Notes: generated by a model not told the origin, from the sequence alone. 64,000 nt of DNA from Candidatus Lloydbacteria bacterium RIFCSPLOWO2_01_FULL_50_20 (GCA_001821435.1 MHLP01000007.1:1620-65619); one strand, 5' to 3'. Positions 38,451 to 49,255 are shown, counted from the first letter of the stretch. Numbers and translations: made by a program.

Positions 38451-38502
38451 TTTACTGCGTTATACTAGGGGGATGACCCCGTAGTGAGCTCTCAGTTTGA
38501 TT

Positions 38503-38773
38503 ATGTTCTCTACTTATCTTCTGCAAAGTACGAAAAATGATAAATTGTATATCGGATACACCACTGACCTCAAGACAAAGACTGCAAGAACATAATCACG
38601 GATTGAATTTTTCGACCAAACCGTACCGACCATGGAAAGTTATCTATGACGAGGCATGTTGTAACCAAGAGGACGCGAAACGAAGAGAAGTGTATCTCAA
38701 AACTACGCAGGGCAGGGGAATGATCAAGCGAAGGTTAAGTAAATATCTTTATGAAAATAGGTCGAAAAATTAA
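38503..38773 (+). pseudogene. GIY-YIG nuclease family gene interrupted by a 1-nt frameshift in an A-run near 38577
   Basis: Frame 1 (38503-38595) reads YLLQSTKNDKLYIGYTTDLK, the GIY-YIG motif. Frame 2 (38537-38773) continues RLQEHNHGL...PWKVIYDE. Removing one A from acaaag restores DLKTRLQEHNHG. Confidence 0.6.
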
Positions 38774-38875
38774 TCAAACTGAAGATCTACTACGGCTAGC
38801 GAGGAGCGTGTGTAAAATTCTTATTTTACACGACGTCCGAGCGACGACGTGGAGAAGTCTTAACTTACTACGGGG

Positions 38876-39466
38876 ATGAAATTTATTATCGTCGGTCTGG
38901 GAAATCCCGGAGGGGAATATGGCGGAACGCGCCACAATACGGGCCGCATCGTCCTTGAAGAATTTCGTGTAGCGCATGATCTCCCCGATTGGGAGATGAA
39001 AAAGCCGTACAATGCGCTGGTGTCGAAAGGCGATGTCACCGGCGGCGAAGTACTTCTCATCGAGCCGGAAACGATGATGAATAATTCCGGGAAGTCTCTC
39101 TCCTTGCTGGTGAAGAGCAAAAAACAAGCCGAACAGCTTGTCGTCATCTATGACGATCTCGATCTCCCGCTTGGTAAGTGGAAATTTTCGTTCGATCGCG
39201 GATCGGGCGGACATCGGGGAATCGAGTCGATCGCGCGTTCCATCAAGACGAAAGCGTTCGTTCGGGTTCGCGTCGGGATCTCCCCCACATCGCTCTTCGG
39301 CAAAATGAAAAAACCGAAAGGAGAAGATGCGGTGGTGAAATTCATTCTCGGAAAATTCACGAATAGTGAGCTTGTCGAACTACGGAAGATGAGCAAAGAA
39401 ATTTCCCAAGCGCTTGAAACGCTCGTAAGAGATGGTCTGGACAAAGCAATGGGCGAGTTTAATTGA
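38876..39466 (+). CDS. pth: Peptidyl-tRNA hydrolase
   Basis: MKFIIVGLGNPGGEYGGTRHNTG N-terminal signature. Confidence 0.85.
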   Translation: MKFIIVGLGNPGGEYGGTRHNTGRIVLEEFRVAHDLPDWEMKKPYNALVSKGDVTGGEVLLIEPETMMNNSGKSLSLLVKSKKQAEQLVVIYDDLDLPLGKWKFSFDRGSGGHRGIESIARSIKTKAFVRVRVGISPTSLFGKMKKPKGEDAVVKFILGKFTNSELVELRKMSKEISQALETLVRDGLDKAMGEFN

Positions 39467-39663
39467 GCCCAAGGTCCGGCCTTAAGGCAACTTCCCAAGT
39501 CCGGACCTTGGGCGGGCAATATAAAAATGGGCTCCCGTTGAGAGCTCGTTTGTTGACCTGCGCACCCAGCTTCGTCGTGACCCCTTTTTCCAGGCATCCG
39601 TCATCGGTTTTCGGAAAAGCAAAAGAAAAAACGCACAAGATTTCTGTGCGTTGTACGATTGTA

Positions 39664-40176
39664 TTAATAGATTTTATTCACCTGGGTCAATCGGAAAGTA
39701 AGTTCTTGTTTCGCGTCGAGGCATTCTCGATTGATCCATTTTTCGAGGGTATACCCATGAGGCGGCTTATAGAACGTCAAGAGTTTACCCGGCCCCTTGT
39801 TGATCGTGACCACATAATAGGGTTCTTGTTTTCCTGCGCGAACACTTTCGACAATACAATTGACTATCGCCACCCCGACACAGTCTTGCTTGATAAATCT
39901 GAACATTTTGCGGTATCTTTTGCCAAAAACCTTGCGGTATTCGACATTGACCTGCTCTAGAAAATGTCCTTGCTGAGAAAAAAAGAAGCATGCGGTCTCG
40001 GGATCAGCAAACAAATTATAGAATATCTCTTTACCTGGTACGAGATTCATAAGGTTATGATCGAGTCGCTGAACCTTCGCATCAGTGGGGTACCAATGTT
40101 CCGGAGCGAGATCTTTTAGTTTCTCAAGCCAGGGAAATTCCTCAATCAGCGCAGAAACGTGAAACACACTCATCAT
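39664..40176 (-). CDS. Hypothetical protein
   Basis: 170-aa ORF, no motif recognised. Confidence 0.35.
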   Translation of the reverse strand: MMSVFHVSALIEEFPWLEKLKDLAPEHWYPTDAKVQRLDHNLMNLVPGKEIFYNLFADPETACFFFSQQGHFLEQVNVEYRKVFGKRYRKMFRFIKQDCVGVAIVNCIVESVRAGKQEPYYVVTINKGPGKLLTFYKPPHGYTLEKWINRECLDAKQELTFRLTQVNKIY

Positions 40177-40384
40177 TTTCCTTTTGCGGCTTCCTGCCGC
40201 GTTAAGGGTTTAGAAAACTCTCCGATCCGATTCATCCCGAACCTTCTCAAAGAGTGGTTCCGCATCCCGCGGAATCCGCACTTAATGCAATCACAAAAGC
40301 TTTTTATGTCAAGAAAAAACCCTTGCGCTTTTTTGCTCTCTAAGATAGACAGAACAAAGAGGTACTTCCTATTCAGGAGAAGGC

Positions 40385-41032
40385 GTGATGACGAAAGGAA
40401 AGACGATGGACATTCTTCGAAGAGTTTCGATGGGTCCCGAGGACGAGCGTCAAGAGGTGCTTCGGAGGCACGGAGTATTCTTTCTTGATGCCGAAGAGGT
40501 CAATCGAGATGAGGCAGGTTGTTTTTATCGGGATATTTTTTTCCTGGTCGCATCAGGCTGGGCTAAGGAAAAACCGATGTGGGTGGTTCTCAATAGTCCG
40601 GGCGGCCACGCGGATCAGGGTTTTGCGATACACGACACCATACGCCTTCTTATTGCCGCGGGATACACTGTAAACACTTGTGTATTGGGTGAGGCGGCAT
40701 CGGTCGCGATGATGATTCTCATGGCCGGCACGCGGCGTTATGCATCCCCGAATACGCAATTCCTTCTCCACCAGGTGAGCGAAGAGTACATCTTCCTTCG
40801 GGTGGAGACCACCGAAGCGGAAGAACGTTCCAACGAGATGAAGCGGATCAACCACGTGTACTTGAGCGCGATCGCCGAGCGTAGTGGTATGGCGCTCTCT
40901 GACCTTACCACGCAGGTGAGGAAAAAAGATTTTTGGCTTGGCGCTGAAGAGGCACTAAAGTACGGCCAACACGGCCTGATTGACGAGATCTGCACGACCT
41001 TCCCGTTCATGGATGCTTTGCAAAAGAGCTGA
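40385..41032 (+). CDS. clpP: ATP-dependent Clp protease proteolytic subunit
   Basis: VVLNSPGG ... AIHDTIRL ... GEAASVAMM (Ser) ... LLHQVS (His) ... DFWLGAEEALKYG. Confidence 0.75.
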   Translation: MMTKGKTMDILRRVSMGPEDERQEVLRRHGVFFLDAEEVNRDEAGCFYRDIFFLVASGWAKEKPMWVVLNSPGGHADQGFAIHDTIRLLIAAGYTVNTCVLGEAASVAMMILMAGTRRYASPNTQFLLHQVSEEYIFLRVETTEAEERSNEMKRINHVYLSAIAERSGMALSDLTTQVRKKDFWLGAEEALKYGQHGLIDEICTTFPFMDALQKS

Positions 41033-41045
41033 TGCATCAACAAAT

Positions 41046-41072
41046 AAAAACTCCACCTCGAAGGGTGGTTTT
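41046..41072 (+). terminator. Rho-independent terminator after clpP (ccacctcgaagggtgg plus T7)
   Basis: Hairpin plus T-run read directly. Confidence 0.6.
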
Positions 41073-41073
41073 T

Positions 41074-41301
41074 TTATTCCTTTTTGTCTGCTATGTCTTT
41101 TTTTTCGCTCAGTTTTTTGAGCATCGTCGGGACATGAAAAAGTGTTCCGCAATTATCGCAGTAACACGTTTGCGGTACTTTCCACACTGGTTCCCCTCCG
41201 ATCATCGGCGAGACATTCCGTGTTTTCGTTTTGAGTATGACACTGCCGATCAGGCAGTGGCTGCAGCATTCGAGTTTTTGGGTTTCAACTCCAAGCGACA
41301 T
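41074..41301 (-). CDS. Possible small zinc-ribbon protein
   Basis: 75 aa with CCSHC and CYCDNCG cysteine pairs; low complexity otherwise. Confidence 0.25.
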   Translation of the reverse strand: MSLGVETQKLECCSHCLIGSVILKTKTRNVSPMIGGEPVWKVPQTCYCDNCGTLFHVPTMLKKLSEKKDIADKKE

Positions 41302-41415
41302 TCCGACTCCTATATATTGAACAAAATCCAGAACTTACTCTATCACAAGCGCACACAACACACATCACTCGCGTATGCCGGAAATGACAACGTGGTTTTT
41401 GTCTCCTTGTGCGAA

Positions 41416-42585
41416 CTACACTTTCTTTTCGACGTTGAATGACAATGTCATTCTCTGCTCCTTCGGCTCAAAGAGCGTGATGGTGAAGGGGTAAGTCTTG
41501 CCGAGCTCAAGGGCGGAACGCAGCTTCTCTTCGGTGCCGAATTCAGAAATATGTACGAGTCCCGCAACGCCCTCCTCGATCGACGCAAGCGCGCCGTATT
41601 TGTTGAACTTGATGACGACGCCGCGAACCGTATCGCCCTTCTTATATTTCTTTTCCGCGCCTTTCCACGGGTTCTCTTTCAAGACCTTCACGGAGAGCGA
41701 AACTTTGTTCTCTTTGATCTCGATGATCTGCGCTTTCACCTTGTCGCCCACCTTAAAGAGCTTGCGCGGATCATCGACGAGCCCCCAGTCCATTTCGGAG
41801 ATGTGGATCAATCCTTCGAGTCCTTCTTCGATCTTCATGAATGCGCCGAAGTCCACCACGCCGGTGATCTCGCCGTCAACGATCGCTCCCAACTGGTATT
41901 TCGCGACGATCTCTTCCTTCTCTTTCTGATTGTGCTCTTTCTCGGAGAAGATCAGTTTTCCTTCTTTGGGAACTGCGGTGATCATCACGACGGAAAGTTT
42001 CTCGCCGATCAGTTTCTTGAGTTCATCGAGGATCTTGTCTTTGTCGCCGTCGGAAACGCGTGGATAATGATCGCCGGAAAGCTGCGAAGCCGGCAAGAAT
42101 CCGGAAATGCCCTGCCAGTCAAGAATAAGTCCGCCCTTGTTCGCGTCTTTGACGGGAAGTTCGACGATGGTTTTCTTTTTGACCAGATCTTCCGCATCGG
42201 CCCAGATGAGCGACTGACGCGCTTCTTTAAGCGACAGTTCGATGTACCCGTCTTCATTTTCCGCGTCGACGACCTTTGCGGTCACCTTGTCACCCACGTT
42301 CATGTGCCGGATCAGATCGCGCGCATTCTGATATTCGCGTCCGAAGATAAGTCCGATACCGAAAGGCGCCATGTCTATATACACGGCTTTTTTGTCTACT
42401 TTGATGACTGCGCCCTCGACGAGCTCTCCGGGTTCGGGAACTTTCCCGATCTCAGCCATGTATTTCGCCATCACGTGATCAGGGGAGGGAATGTGCTCTC
42501 CGCCGACAATGATGATCTCTTCCTCGGTTGTTTTTGTTGTCATAATGAAAATCGAAAATATGCCGCATGCGTTTCTTTTCCCCAC
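41416..42585 (-). CDS. rpsA: 30S ribosomal protein S1 (four S1 domains)
   Basis: Repeated S1-domain pattern (GELVEGAVIKV..., GDKVTAKVVD..., GAIVDGEITGV..., GDTVRGVVIKF...). Confidence 0.8.
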   Translation of the reverse strand: MGKRNACGIFSIFIMTTKTTEEEIIIVGGEHIPSPDHVMAKYMAEIGKVPEPGELVEGAVIKVDKKAVYIDMAPFGIGLIFGREYQNARDLIRHMNVGDKVTAKVVDAENEDGYIELSLKEARQSLIWADAEDLVKKKTIVELPVKDANKGGLILDWQGISGFLPASQLSGDHYPRVSDGDKDKILDELKKLIGEKLSVVMITAVPKEGKLIFSEKEHNQKEKEEIVAKYQLGAIVDGEITGVVDFGAFMKIEEGLEGLIHISEMDWGLVDDPRKLFKVGDKVKAQIIEIKENKVSLSVKVLKENPWKGAEKKYKKGDTVRGVVIKFNKYGALASIEEGVAGLVHISEFGTEEKLRSALELGKTYPFTITLFEPKEQRMTLSFNVEKKV

Positions 42586-42831
42586 TTATTGAGGAAATAA
42601 AAAACTGCCGCAGGGCAGACTTTCATGTTGTCTGACCTCTAGGGGCCGTATGTCACCGCGACGAGTGCTACCATTTTTCTAAGAGAAATACCTCTAAGAA
42701 AAGTTAGTCGTACGGACACAAACGGGTTAGCCCTAATGGCATGGATAATATTCAATTGTCCTGAAAAGATTAACAGAAAGCGTCTTTCGGCGCAAGGCGA
42801 CGCATAATTACGTAGGTCGAATACAATACAT

Positions 42832-42880
42832 AGGTCGGACTTATGCGCTGCGCATAAGTCCGACCTATGTATTTTTTAAA
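42832..42880. repeat. Palindromic element, about 45 nt (cataggtcggacttatgcgc TG cgcataagtccgacctatg) followed by a T-run
   Basis: Perfect inverted repeat read directly; second copy at 43204. Confidence 0.6.
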
Positions 42881-43203
42881 TGACTGATGCATCTCATTTC
42901 CTGAAAAAAGAGAAGCCCCCGCGCTGTGCACGGGGGGTGTTTCGATTGGCCAGTGAGGCGGTTTCCACGATGAAGCACTGTGGGGGTTGCCGCCTTGTTA
43001 AAGGCCTGGCCGCCGGCGAGCAGCAGCTAGTCGTTCAATAAGATTTGTGCGACCGCGATGGTTTTCACCGATAGGCCTCCTCTCCTAGTTTGTTGTGGGA
43101 AAACAAATGTACAAAGAATCACGAATTTGACCACAATCAGCTCAGCCATTTCCGTGCTTCTTTAGCTTACACGAAGCAGAATTTCTGTCAAGCATGTGCG
43201 GTA

Positions 43204-43250
43204 CATAGGTCGGACTTATGCACGGCGCATAAGTCCGACCTATGTACCGC
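43204..43250. repeat. Second copy of the palindromic element (acataggtcggacttatgc acgg cgcataagtccgacctatgt)
   Basis: Near-identical arms to 42832..42880. Confidence 0.6.
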
Positions 43251-43299
43251 TACCTATGTATTTTGGTATTTTGCCACGCAAATAAAAACGGCCTCCGAC

Positions 43300-44100
43300 G
43301 AGGCCGTTGGGCTATGGACGCTGGTGTTGTTCGAGGGACGCAAAGCCGGATTTTGTACGCAGGCTAGCAACTACGTGCGCACTGGTCGGTGGTCCCAACG
43401 GAAGAACATTCTCTCGTCGATCGCCTGGTCGGCGGACTGCCGACCTTCTTGTTGGTCCTATCGCGTTACCAATTGAATGGAGTCCGCAGGACTTTGCGTT
43501 TGTACGCAGTGGACCGTTTGATATACGGTCTGGGCCGCCCCGAGCGGCCGTTCAGTCGACAAATGGCGTCATTGTGCGCTTATCTCCTTTGCCCGGCAGT
43601 GGGCGAGTGCGGCGACGGGTCGGTCGGTTCATTAAGGAGACCCGTGCCTGACAGCTCCGAATTGGAGCGAAACGGTGACACTCCTGGCGAGGCAAGCGCG
43701 GCGGGATCGATTCCTCCTCCGCGCGGCGCTATCCCGCATGTCGATGAGTTGCCACCACCTTAGAGGCGCCCTCGGGCGCGATTATTGGTTTCAGATCGCA
43801 CTACGGCCAGTGCATTGCGTCTCCTGTTCCTGGCGAAAGGCGGCTCACTGGTCCAGCGATGGACCCTGTGGCCAGAGAGCTCCGACGTCTCGGAGCGAAA
43901 CGGTGCGGCTCGGCCGGGCAAGCGCGGCGTGGATGAAACTATTCGCCAGCACGCCGGGCACTCTACTCGATGAAGCCGCTCCAACATTCGCGGCTCGGTT
44001 TACGCTGACGCGGCGGAATTGAACCTACTCTGATCCCCGCGCGCAACCGTGCATCGATGAGCCGCACCACCGTCATTATCAGGTTGTTGGTGGTTTGAGG
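43300..44100. other. GC-rich ORF-poor region with degenerate internal direct repeats (gagcgaaacggtg...gcaagcgcggcg...tcgatgag..gccaccacc at about 43650, 43880 and 44030)
   Basis: Only short overlapping ORFs in all frames; GC clearly above the surroundings; repeated motifs read directly. Confidence 0.4.
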
Positions 44101-44315
44101 CCTTTTCTACGTAAACGGCATCGTTCCTCCTGGCGTATAGGTCCTTATCTATGCGTACAAGTAAGTAAAAGAGCGCGAAAGATTAAAATTCACAATAGCA
44201 TGTCATTAATATACTGTCAATATGCTTTTCATATCTCCAAAATAGCCCAAAAAACATAGTGATTTCAAGCCTTTTCCCGCTTTCTATTTTTGAGAAGACT
44301 TGCTATACTCTACAC

Positions 44316-44987
44316 ATGATCATCACGTACCATGGGGGGTATTTTATTAAGGTCGCGCAAGGGGACACGGTCATTGCGGCCAATCCTTTTGGCAAAAATT
44401 CATCCAGGAAACCTATTCGTTTTGGCACGCGTATCGCACTCGTTTCGATGGATCATCCCGATATGAACGGCGTCGAGAATCTTTCGCACGGCGACAAGAC
44501 TCCTTTCGTGATCTCCGGTCCGGGCGAGTACGAGATCGGCGGGATCGCGATATCCGGATTTCCTTCTCCGAAGCCGGTCGGACCAAAAGGACTCTTGAAT
44601 ACCATCTACACCATCGAACTTGAAAACATCCATCTGTGTATTCTCGGCGCGATGCCCACTGCCGAACTTTCAGCGGAAGTTGTCGAGGGTATCGGGGAAG
44701 TTGATGTGCTTTTTGTTCCTGTGTTGGGCGGCGATGTGCTCTCACCCGCGGAAGCGGAAAAAGTGGCGGTTCTCCTTGATGCAAAACTCGTCATTCCGAT
44801 CGCGTGGGATGAAGGCGGTGACCCGCCTGCGTCCGACTTCGGACGGGCAGGAAAACAGCTGAAACTTTTTTTGAAAGAGGCCGGTGCGGAAGGAACGGCG
44901 GCCATCGAAAAATTGGTCCTCAAGAAAAAAGATCTTGAGGGTAAAGAAGGAGAGGTCATCGTCCTTGAGCCTCTTTCCCGCGCATAA
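44316..44987 (+). CDS. Metallo-beta-lactamase-fold protein
   Basis: MIITYHGGYFIKV ... MDHPD pattern typical of the MBL-fold UlaG/YtkL-like group; call from memory. Confidence 0.45.
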   Translation: MIITYHGGYFIKVAQGDTVIAANPFGKNSSRKPIRFGTRIALVSMDHPDMNGVENLSHGDKTPFVISGPGEYEIGGIAISGFPSPKPVGPKGLLNTIYTIELENIHLCILGAMPTAELSAEVVEGIGEVDVLFVPVLGGDVLSPAEAEKVAVLLDAKLVIPIAWDEGGDPPASDFGRAGKQLKLFLKEAGAEGTAAIEKLVLKKKDLEGKEGEVIVLEPLSRA

Positions 44988-44993
44988 ACGGTT

Positions 44994-45512
44994 ATGAACA
45001 TCCTCGATCATCTCGACAAATTACGCGCGAAACCTGTTCATGTGCGACAGCGCATCGCACTCTTCTCGACGTTCATCCTTTCTTTTTTGGTCGCCAGCGT
45101 GTGGTGGGCGACATGGAATACCGAGAGTCAGCCGGAAACCCTGTCTTCGAGCAGCGCATCCTCGATCATTTCGCCATGGGGTGTCGTCACTGACATGATT
45201 TCGGATGCGAAAAAAGATACGATGGCTGCTGTTGGGCAGTTGACGGGTCAGTTGCAGCGGGCGGCGGAAGATAACATAGAATATGACCCGACGCTTGAGG
45301 GGGAGAGCGGAGCGGAAACAAGTGAAGATTCGAGAAACGAAGCGTTTGCCCCCTACGACCTCGACGCCTCTTCGTCGGAAGTCTCCGGTGAAAGCACGCC
45401 GAGCGATGCCTCCTCAGGGGGTAACAGCGGTGAGATGATCCGGACGCGGCCAGGAACGTATCAGACGGCTGTTCCGTCAGAATTAGTTCCCAAGACCGAT
45501 GTGGTAGAGTAG
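44994..45512 (+). CDS. Hypothetical membrane-anchored acidic Ser-rich protein
   Basis: N-terminal TM segment ([19 protein letters not shown]), low-complexity acidic tail. Confidence 0.4.
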   Translation: MNILDHLDKLRAKPVHVRQRIALFSTFILSFLVASVWWATWNTESQPETLSSSSASSIISPWGVVTDMISDAKKDTMAAVGQLTGQLQRAAEDNIEYDPTLEGESGAETSEDSRNEAFAPYDLDASSSEVSGESTPSDASSGGNSGEMIRTRPGTYQTAVPSELVPKTDVVE

Positions 45513-45526
45513 ATTTTTCAGCGATC

Positions 45527-48007
45527 ATGGCGAAAAACAAAGAACACAAAAAAGAAGAAGCAGCCGTCCCTGTCCCGCGTCCGACCGGCGTCATTCCGGC
45601 TAACATCGTGACGGAAATGCGCGAGAGCTACCTCGACTATGCCATGTCGGTCATCGTTGCGCGCGCGCTTCCCGATGTGCGGGACGGATTGAAACCGGTC
45701 CACCGCCGTATTCTCTATGCGATGCAGGAGGCGGGGCTCACTGCTTCCGCCCGGTTCAAAAAATCCGCGACGATCGTCGGTGACGTGCTTGGAAAATATC
45801 ATCCGCACGGGGATTCATCTGTTTATGACGCGATGGTCAAAATGGCTCAGGTTTTTTCAATGCGTTATCCGCTCGTCATCGGACAGGGAAACTTCGGTTC
45901 GATCGACGGGGATTCCGCTGCCGCTTATCGCTACACCGAAGCGAAAATGTCGCGCATCGCGGGCGAAGTGCTACAGGATCTCGAAAAAAATACGGTTGAG
46001 TGGGTGCCCAACTACGACGGCTCGCGCAAAGAGCCGACTGTTCTTCCCTCGGTTGTTCCCAATCTGCTCCTGAACGGCACGCTCGGTATCGCAGTCGGCA
46101 TGGCGACGAATATTCCTCCGCATAATTTGCGCGAGGTCGTCGACGCGCTCATGCACCTGATCGAGGATCCCAATGTGACAAGCGAAGACTTGCTCCAGTT
46201 TGTACAGGGACCGGACTTTCCGACGGGCGGCATCGCTTACAATAAGAGCGATATCCGTCATGCGTATGCTTCGGGGCGCGGCGGCGTCATCTGCCGCGGC
46301 GAAGCGGAGATCGTCGAGCCGAAAGCCGGGCATTCTGAGATCATCATCACGAGCATTCCGTACCGCGTGAACAAGGCCGACCTCTTGACCAAGATCGCGG
46401 AGCTCGTGCGCGAGAAAAAGATCGAAGGCATCAAAGACTTGCGCGATGAATCAGCAAAAGGCGATATCCGCATCGCGGTCTATCTCGGTTCGGGAGTTCC
46501 TCCGCAAAAGGTGCTTAATTATCTCTATCGACACACCGAGCTTGAGAGCGCGTATCACTACAACATGGTCGCGTTGGTCGACGGCGTTCCGCAGACGCTT
46601 TCGCTCAAGTCGCTCCTCGAGGAATTCATCAAACACCGCAAAACGGTCGTGAAGCGCCGTACCGAGTTCGAATTGAACAAAGCCAAAGACCGCGAGCATA
46701 TTCTGATCGGCCTCAAAAAAGCGCTCGATCATATCGATGCGATCATCAAAACTATCAAGGCGTCAAAAGATACGGCCGAGGCGCAGGTGAACCTGATGAA
46801 ACAGTTCAAGTTCTCCGATCGGCAAGCGGCTGCAATTTTGGAAATGAAACTCTCGCGCTTGGCAGGTCTTGAGCGCAAGAAAGTCGAGGATGAACTGAAA
46901 GTCGTACAGGCGCTCATCACAGAACTCGAGAGCGTACTTGGGAGCGTCAAAAAGATGATCGCCGTCATCAAGCAGGAATTACTCGCGGTCCGAGAGAAGT
47001 ACGGCGATGATCGTCGCACCAAGATCGTGAAGGGCGGCGTACAGACCATCTCTGTCGAAGATACGATCCCCGAGCGGGAAACTATCCTTGTTTTTACCGC
47101 GGGCGGCTATATCAAGCGCACCGATCCGTCGGAGTACCGTGTCCAGCGCAGGGGCGGAGTCGGCGTTGTCGATCTCGATACGAAAGAAGAAGATTTCGTG
47201 ACCATTTTTCTTTCCTGTTCGACGCACGAGGATATTCTCTTCTTCACTGACAAAGGCAAAGCGTATCAGATCAAAGCATACGAACTGCCGGAGGGGAGAC
47301 GTGCGACCAAGGGCAAGTCCATCCAAAATTATCTCGCGCTCGGCTCCGATGAACACGTGACCTCCATGCTTGCGATGCCGCGCGAGGTGAAAGAGGTCGC
47401 CAAGCTTTCGCTCCTCATGGTGACGGAGAAAGGCGTCGTGAAGAAAACTGCCGCAGATGCGTTCAAAGATGTGCGACGCTCGGGCTTGCTCGCAATTAAA
47501 CTCCATCCGAAAGACAAACTGCTCGCCGCACGCTTCGTTGAAGACAAAGACGACGTATCGCTGGTGACCTCGAAAGGCCAGTCGATCCGTTTCAAACAAA
47601 GCGACGTTCGCGAAATGGGACGCAACGCGGGGGGCGTGCGCGGCATGAAACTGCGCGCCGACGATCACATCGTGACGGCAGATGTTGTTCGCCATGTCTA
47701 TAGCAAACCGCTCTTGATCGTCATCAGCGAACAGGGTTACGGCAAAATGACGGATATGTCGGAATACAAGACGCAGGGGCGCGGCGGCTCAGGCATCAAG
47801 ACTGCGAATGTCACACCCAAGACCGGAAAAGTCGTTGCGGGCATGGTGCTCCCGGACCGCGAGGGGGAAATTGTCGCTATTTCAAAACAGAGTCAGGTTA
47901 TTCGTGTTTCTTTGAAAGAGATCGCGCTTTCGGGGCGTTCGACACAGGGTTCTCGAATTATGAGGCTTCGTCCAGGTGATAGTATAGCATCGTTAACAGC
48001 TCTGTAA
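45527..48007 (+). CDS. gyrA: DNA gyrase subunit A
   Basis: [29 protein letters not shown] with the active-site Tyr region; C-terminal beta-pinwheel repeats. Confidence 0.9.
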   Translation: MAKNKEHKKEEAAVPVPRPTGVIPANIVTEMRESYLDYAMSVIVARALPDVRDGLKPVHRRILYAMQEAGLTASARFKKSATIVGDVLGKYHPHGDSSVYDAMVKMAQVFSMRYPLVIGQGNFGSIDGDSAAAYRYTEAKMSRIAGEVLQDLEKNTVEWVPNYDGSRKEPTVLPSVVPNLLLNGTLGIAVGMATNIPPHNLREVVDALMHLIEDPNVTSEDLLQFVQGPDFPTGGIAYNKSDIRHAYASGRGGVICRGEAEIVEPKAGHSEIIITSIPYRVNKADLLTKIAELVREKKIEGIKDLRDESAKGDIRIAVYLGSGVPPQKVLNYLYRHTELESAYHYNMVALVDGVPQTLSLKSLLEEFIKHRKTVVKRRTEFELNKAKDREHILIGLKKALDHIDAIIKTIKASKDTAEAQVNLMKQFKFSDRQAAAILEMKLSRLAGLERKKVEDELKVVQALITELESVLGSVKKMIAVIKQELLAVREKYGDDRRTKIVKGGVQTISVEDTIPERETILVFTAGGYIKRTDPSEYRVQRRGGVGVVDLDTKEEDFVTIFLSCSTHEDILFFTDKGKAYQIKAYELPEGRRATKGKSIQNYLALGSDEHVTSMLAMPREVKEVAKLSLLMVTEKGVVKKTAADAFKDVRRSGLLAIKLHPKDKLLAARFVEDKDDVSLVTSKGQSIRFKQSDVREMGRNAGGVRGMKLRADDHIVTADVVRHVYSKPLLIVISEQGYGKMTDMSEYKTQGRGGSGIKTANVTPKTGKVVAGMVLPDREGEIVAISKQSQVIRVSLKEIALSGRSTQGSRIMRLRPGDSIASLTAL

Positions 48008-48032
48008 CTCTTCTCCTGTTGCTTGCCTCAAT

Positions 48033-48518
48033 ATGAATGAACATGAGAGATTTATGATGAAAGCGATAGAAGCTGCGCATGAGTCAGGGCACAGGAGCGA
48101 TTATCCTATCGGGACAGTCATCGTTAAAGATGGAGAGATAATTTCGAGTGGATACGAAACACTCAAATCGGCAAACGATCCTGTGAATGGCCACGCAGAA
48201 ATTGACGCTATTCGCAAAGCAACCCGGGAAATTTTGAAACAACCTTATCTTGAAGGTTGCACCCTTTACTCCACACACGAGCCTTGCCCGATGTGCGCCA
48301 CGGCCGCTTTTTGGTCAAAAATAAAAACTATTGTTTTTTCGGTTTCTCGGGAGGATATGATCGAACAAATGCCGAAAAGGGCATCCGGCAAGTTTTCGTG
48401 GAGACAGGTGGACATCTCATGCAAGGATGTTCTCGATCATGGCAGCGGGCATATGGTTGAACTTATTCCGAGCGTACTTCGCGAAGAAGGAATAAAACTT
48501 TTTGATTATACCGCTTAG
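48033..48518 (+). CDS. tadA: tRNA-specific adenosine deaminase / CMP-dCMP-type deaminase
   Basis: HAEIDAI and HEPCPMC zinc-binding motifs. Confidence 0.75.
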   Translation: MNEHERFMMKAIEAAHESGHRSDYPIGTVIVKDGEIISSGYETLKSANDPVNGHAEIDAIRKATREILKQPYLEGCTLYSTHEPCPMCATAAFWSKIKTIVFSVSREDMIEQMPKRASGKFSWRQVDISCKDVLDHGSGHMVELIPSVLREEGIKLFDYTA

Positions 48519-48540
48519 TTAAAAACGGTTTTAGGGTTTA

Positions 48541-48567
48541 GGGGACAGGTTTAGGGGACAGTCCCTC
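48541..48567. repeat. REP-like doublet upstream of the RAYT gene (ggggacagg ttta ggggacagtccc)
   Basis: Read directly; inverted counterpart at 49256..49285. Confidence 0.65.
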
Positions 48568-48599
48568 GAATAAGTAATTTATTGTGTTATAGTATTTTC

Positions 48600-49232
48600 A
48601 TGCCACGGCAACCACGCATCGCATTGGGGGGATATGTCTACCACGTGCTTAATCGTGCCAACGGCAGGGCGCGTATATTTCACACACCGGAAGCGTATAG
48701 GGAGTTTGAGCAGTTACTTTGTGAGGCGAATGAGCAATTTCACATGCGCATCCTTGCTTATACCCTTATGCCCAACCACTGGCATCTACTCCTTTATCCG
48801 CGAGAAGACACGGATATGCCCGACTTTGTGCGCTGGCTCTCTACGACGCACGCGGCAAAATTCCGCAACAAAACCAAGACAGTCGGCGAAGGCCATCTCT
48901 ACCAAGGGAGATACAAATCTTTTGTCATGGACACTGATACACATCTCCTCACTGTTTTGAAATACATTGAACGCAATCCAGTGCGGGCAAAACTTGTTGT
49001 ACATCCTGAGGATTGGGAATGGGGAAGTGCATACCGCAGAATATGCGGGACAAAAAAGGCACAAGCGTTACTTGCGGTCTCGCCAACGCCACTCCCGCAT
49101 CATTATCGTGCGTGGATCAACGGTGCGGAAAAATCTGAAGAACTCGATGAACTTCGCAAATCCGTCAATAAGGGTATCCCGTTTGGGGCGGAAGAATTTC
49201 TCTACCGTTTTGATCGAGGCAAGAAAAAATAA
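48600..49232 (+). CDS. HUH Y1 transposase, REP-associated tyrosine transposase (RAYT)/IS200-like TnpA, full length
   Basis: HUH motif LMPNHWHLLLYP, catalytic Tyr region LYQGRYKSF; flanked on both sides by inverted GGGGACAG REP doublets. Confidence 0.8.
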   Translation: MPRQPRIALGGYVYHVLNRANGRARIFHTPEAYREFEQLLCEANEQFHMRILAYTLMPNHWHLLLYPREDTDMPDFVRWLSTTHAAKFRNKTKTVGEGHLYQGRYKSFVMDTDTHLLTVLKYIERNPVRAKLVVHPEDWEWGSAYRRICGTKKAQALLAVSPTPLPHHYRAWINGAEKSEELDELRKSVNKGIPFGAEEFLYRFDRGKKK

Positions 49233-49255
49233 TAACATGTTTGTAAACTTTTTGG

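Noticed and set aside
41551-42600. 349-aa plus-strand ORF
   Set aside because: Antisense to rpsA (S1 domains clear on the minus strand).
42832-44100. CRISPR array
   Set aside because: The repeats here are self-palindromic hairpins and long degenerate blocks, not regularly spaced short direct repeats with unique spacers; no cas genes nearby.
46979-47695. 238-aa minus-strand ORF plus several smaller ones inside gyrA
   Set aside because: Antisense to gyrA.
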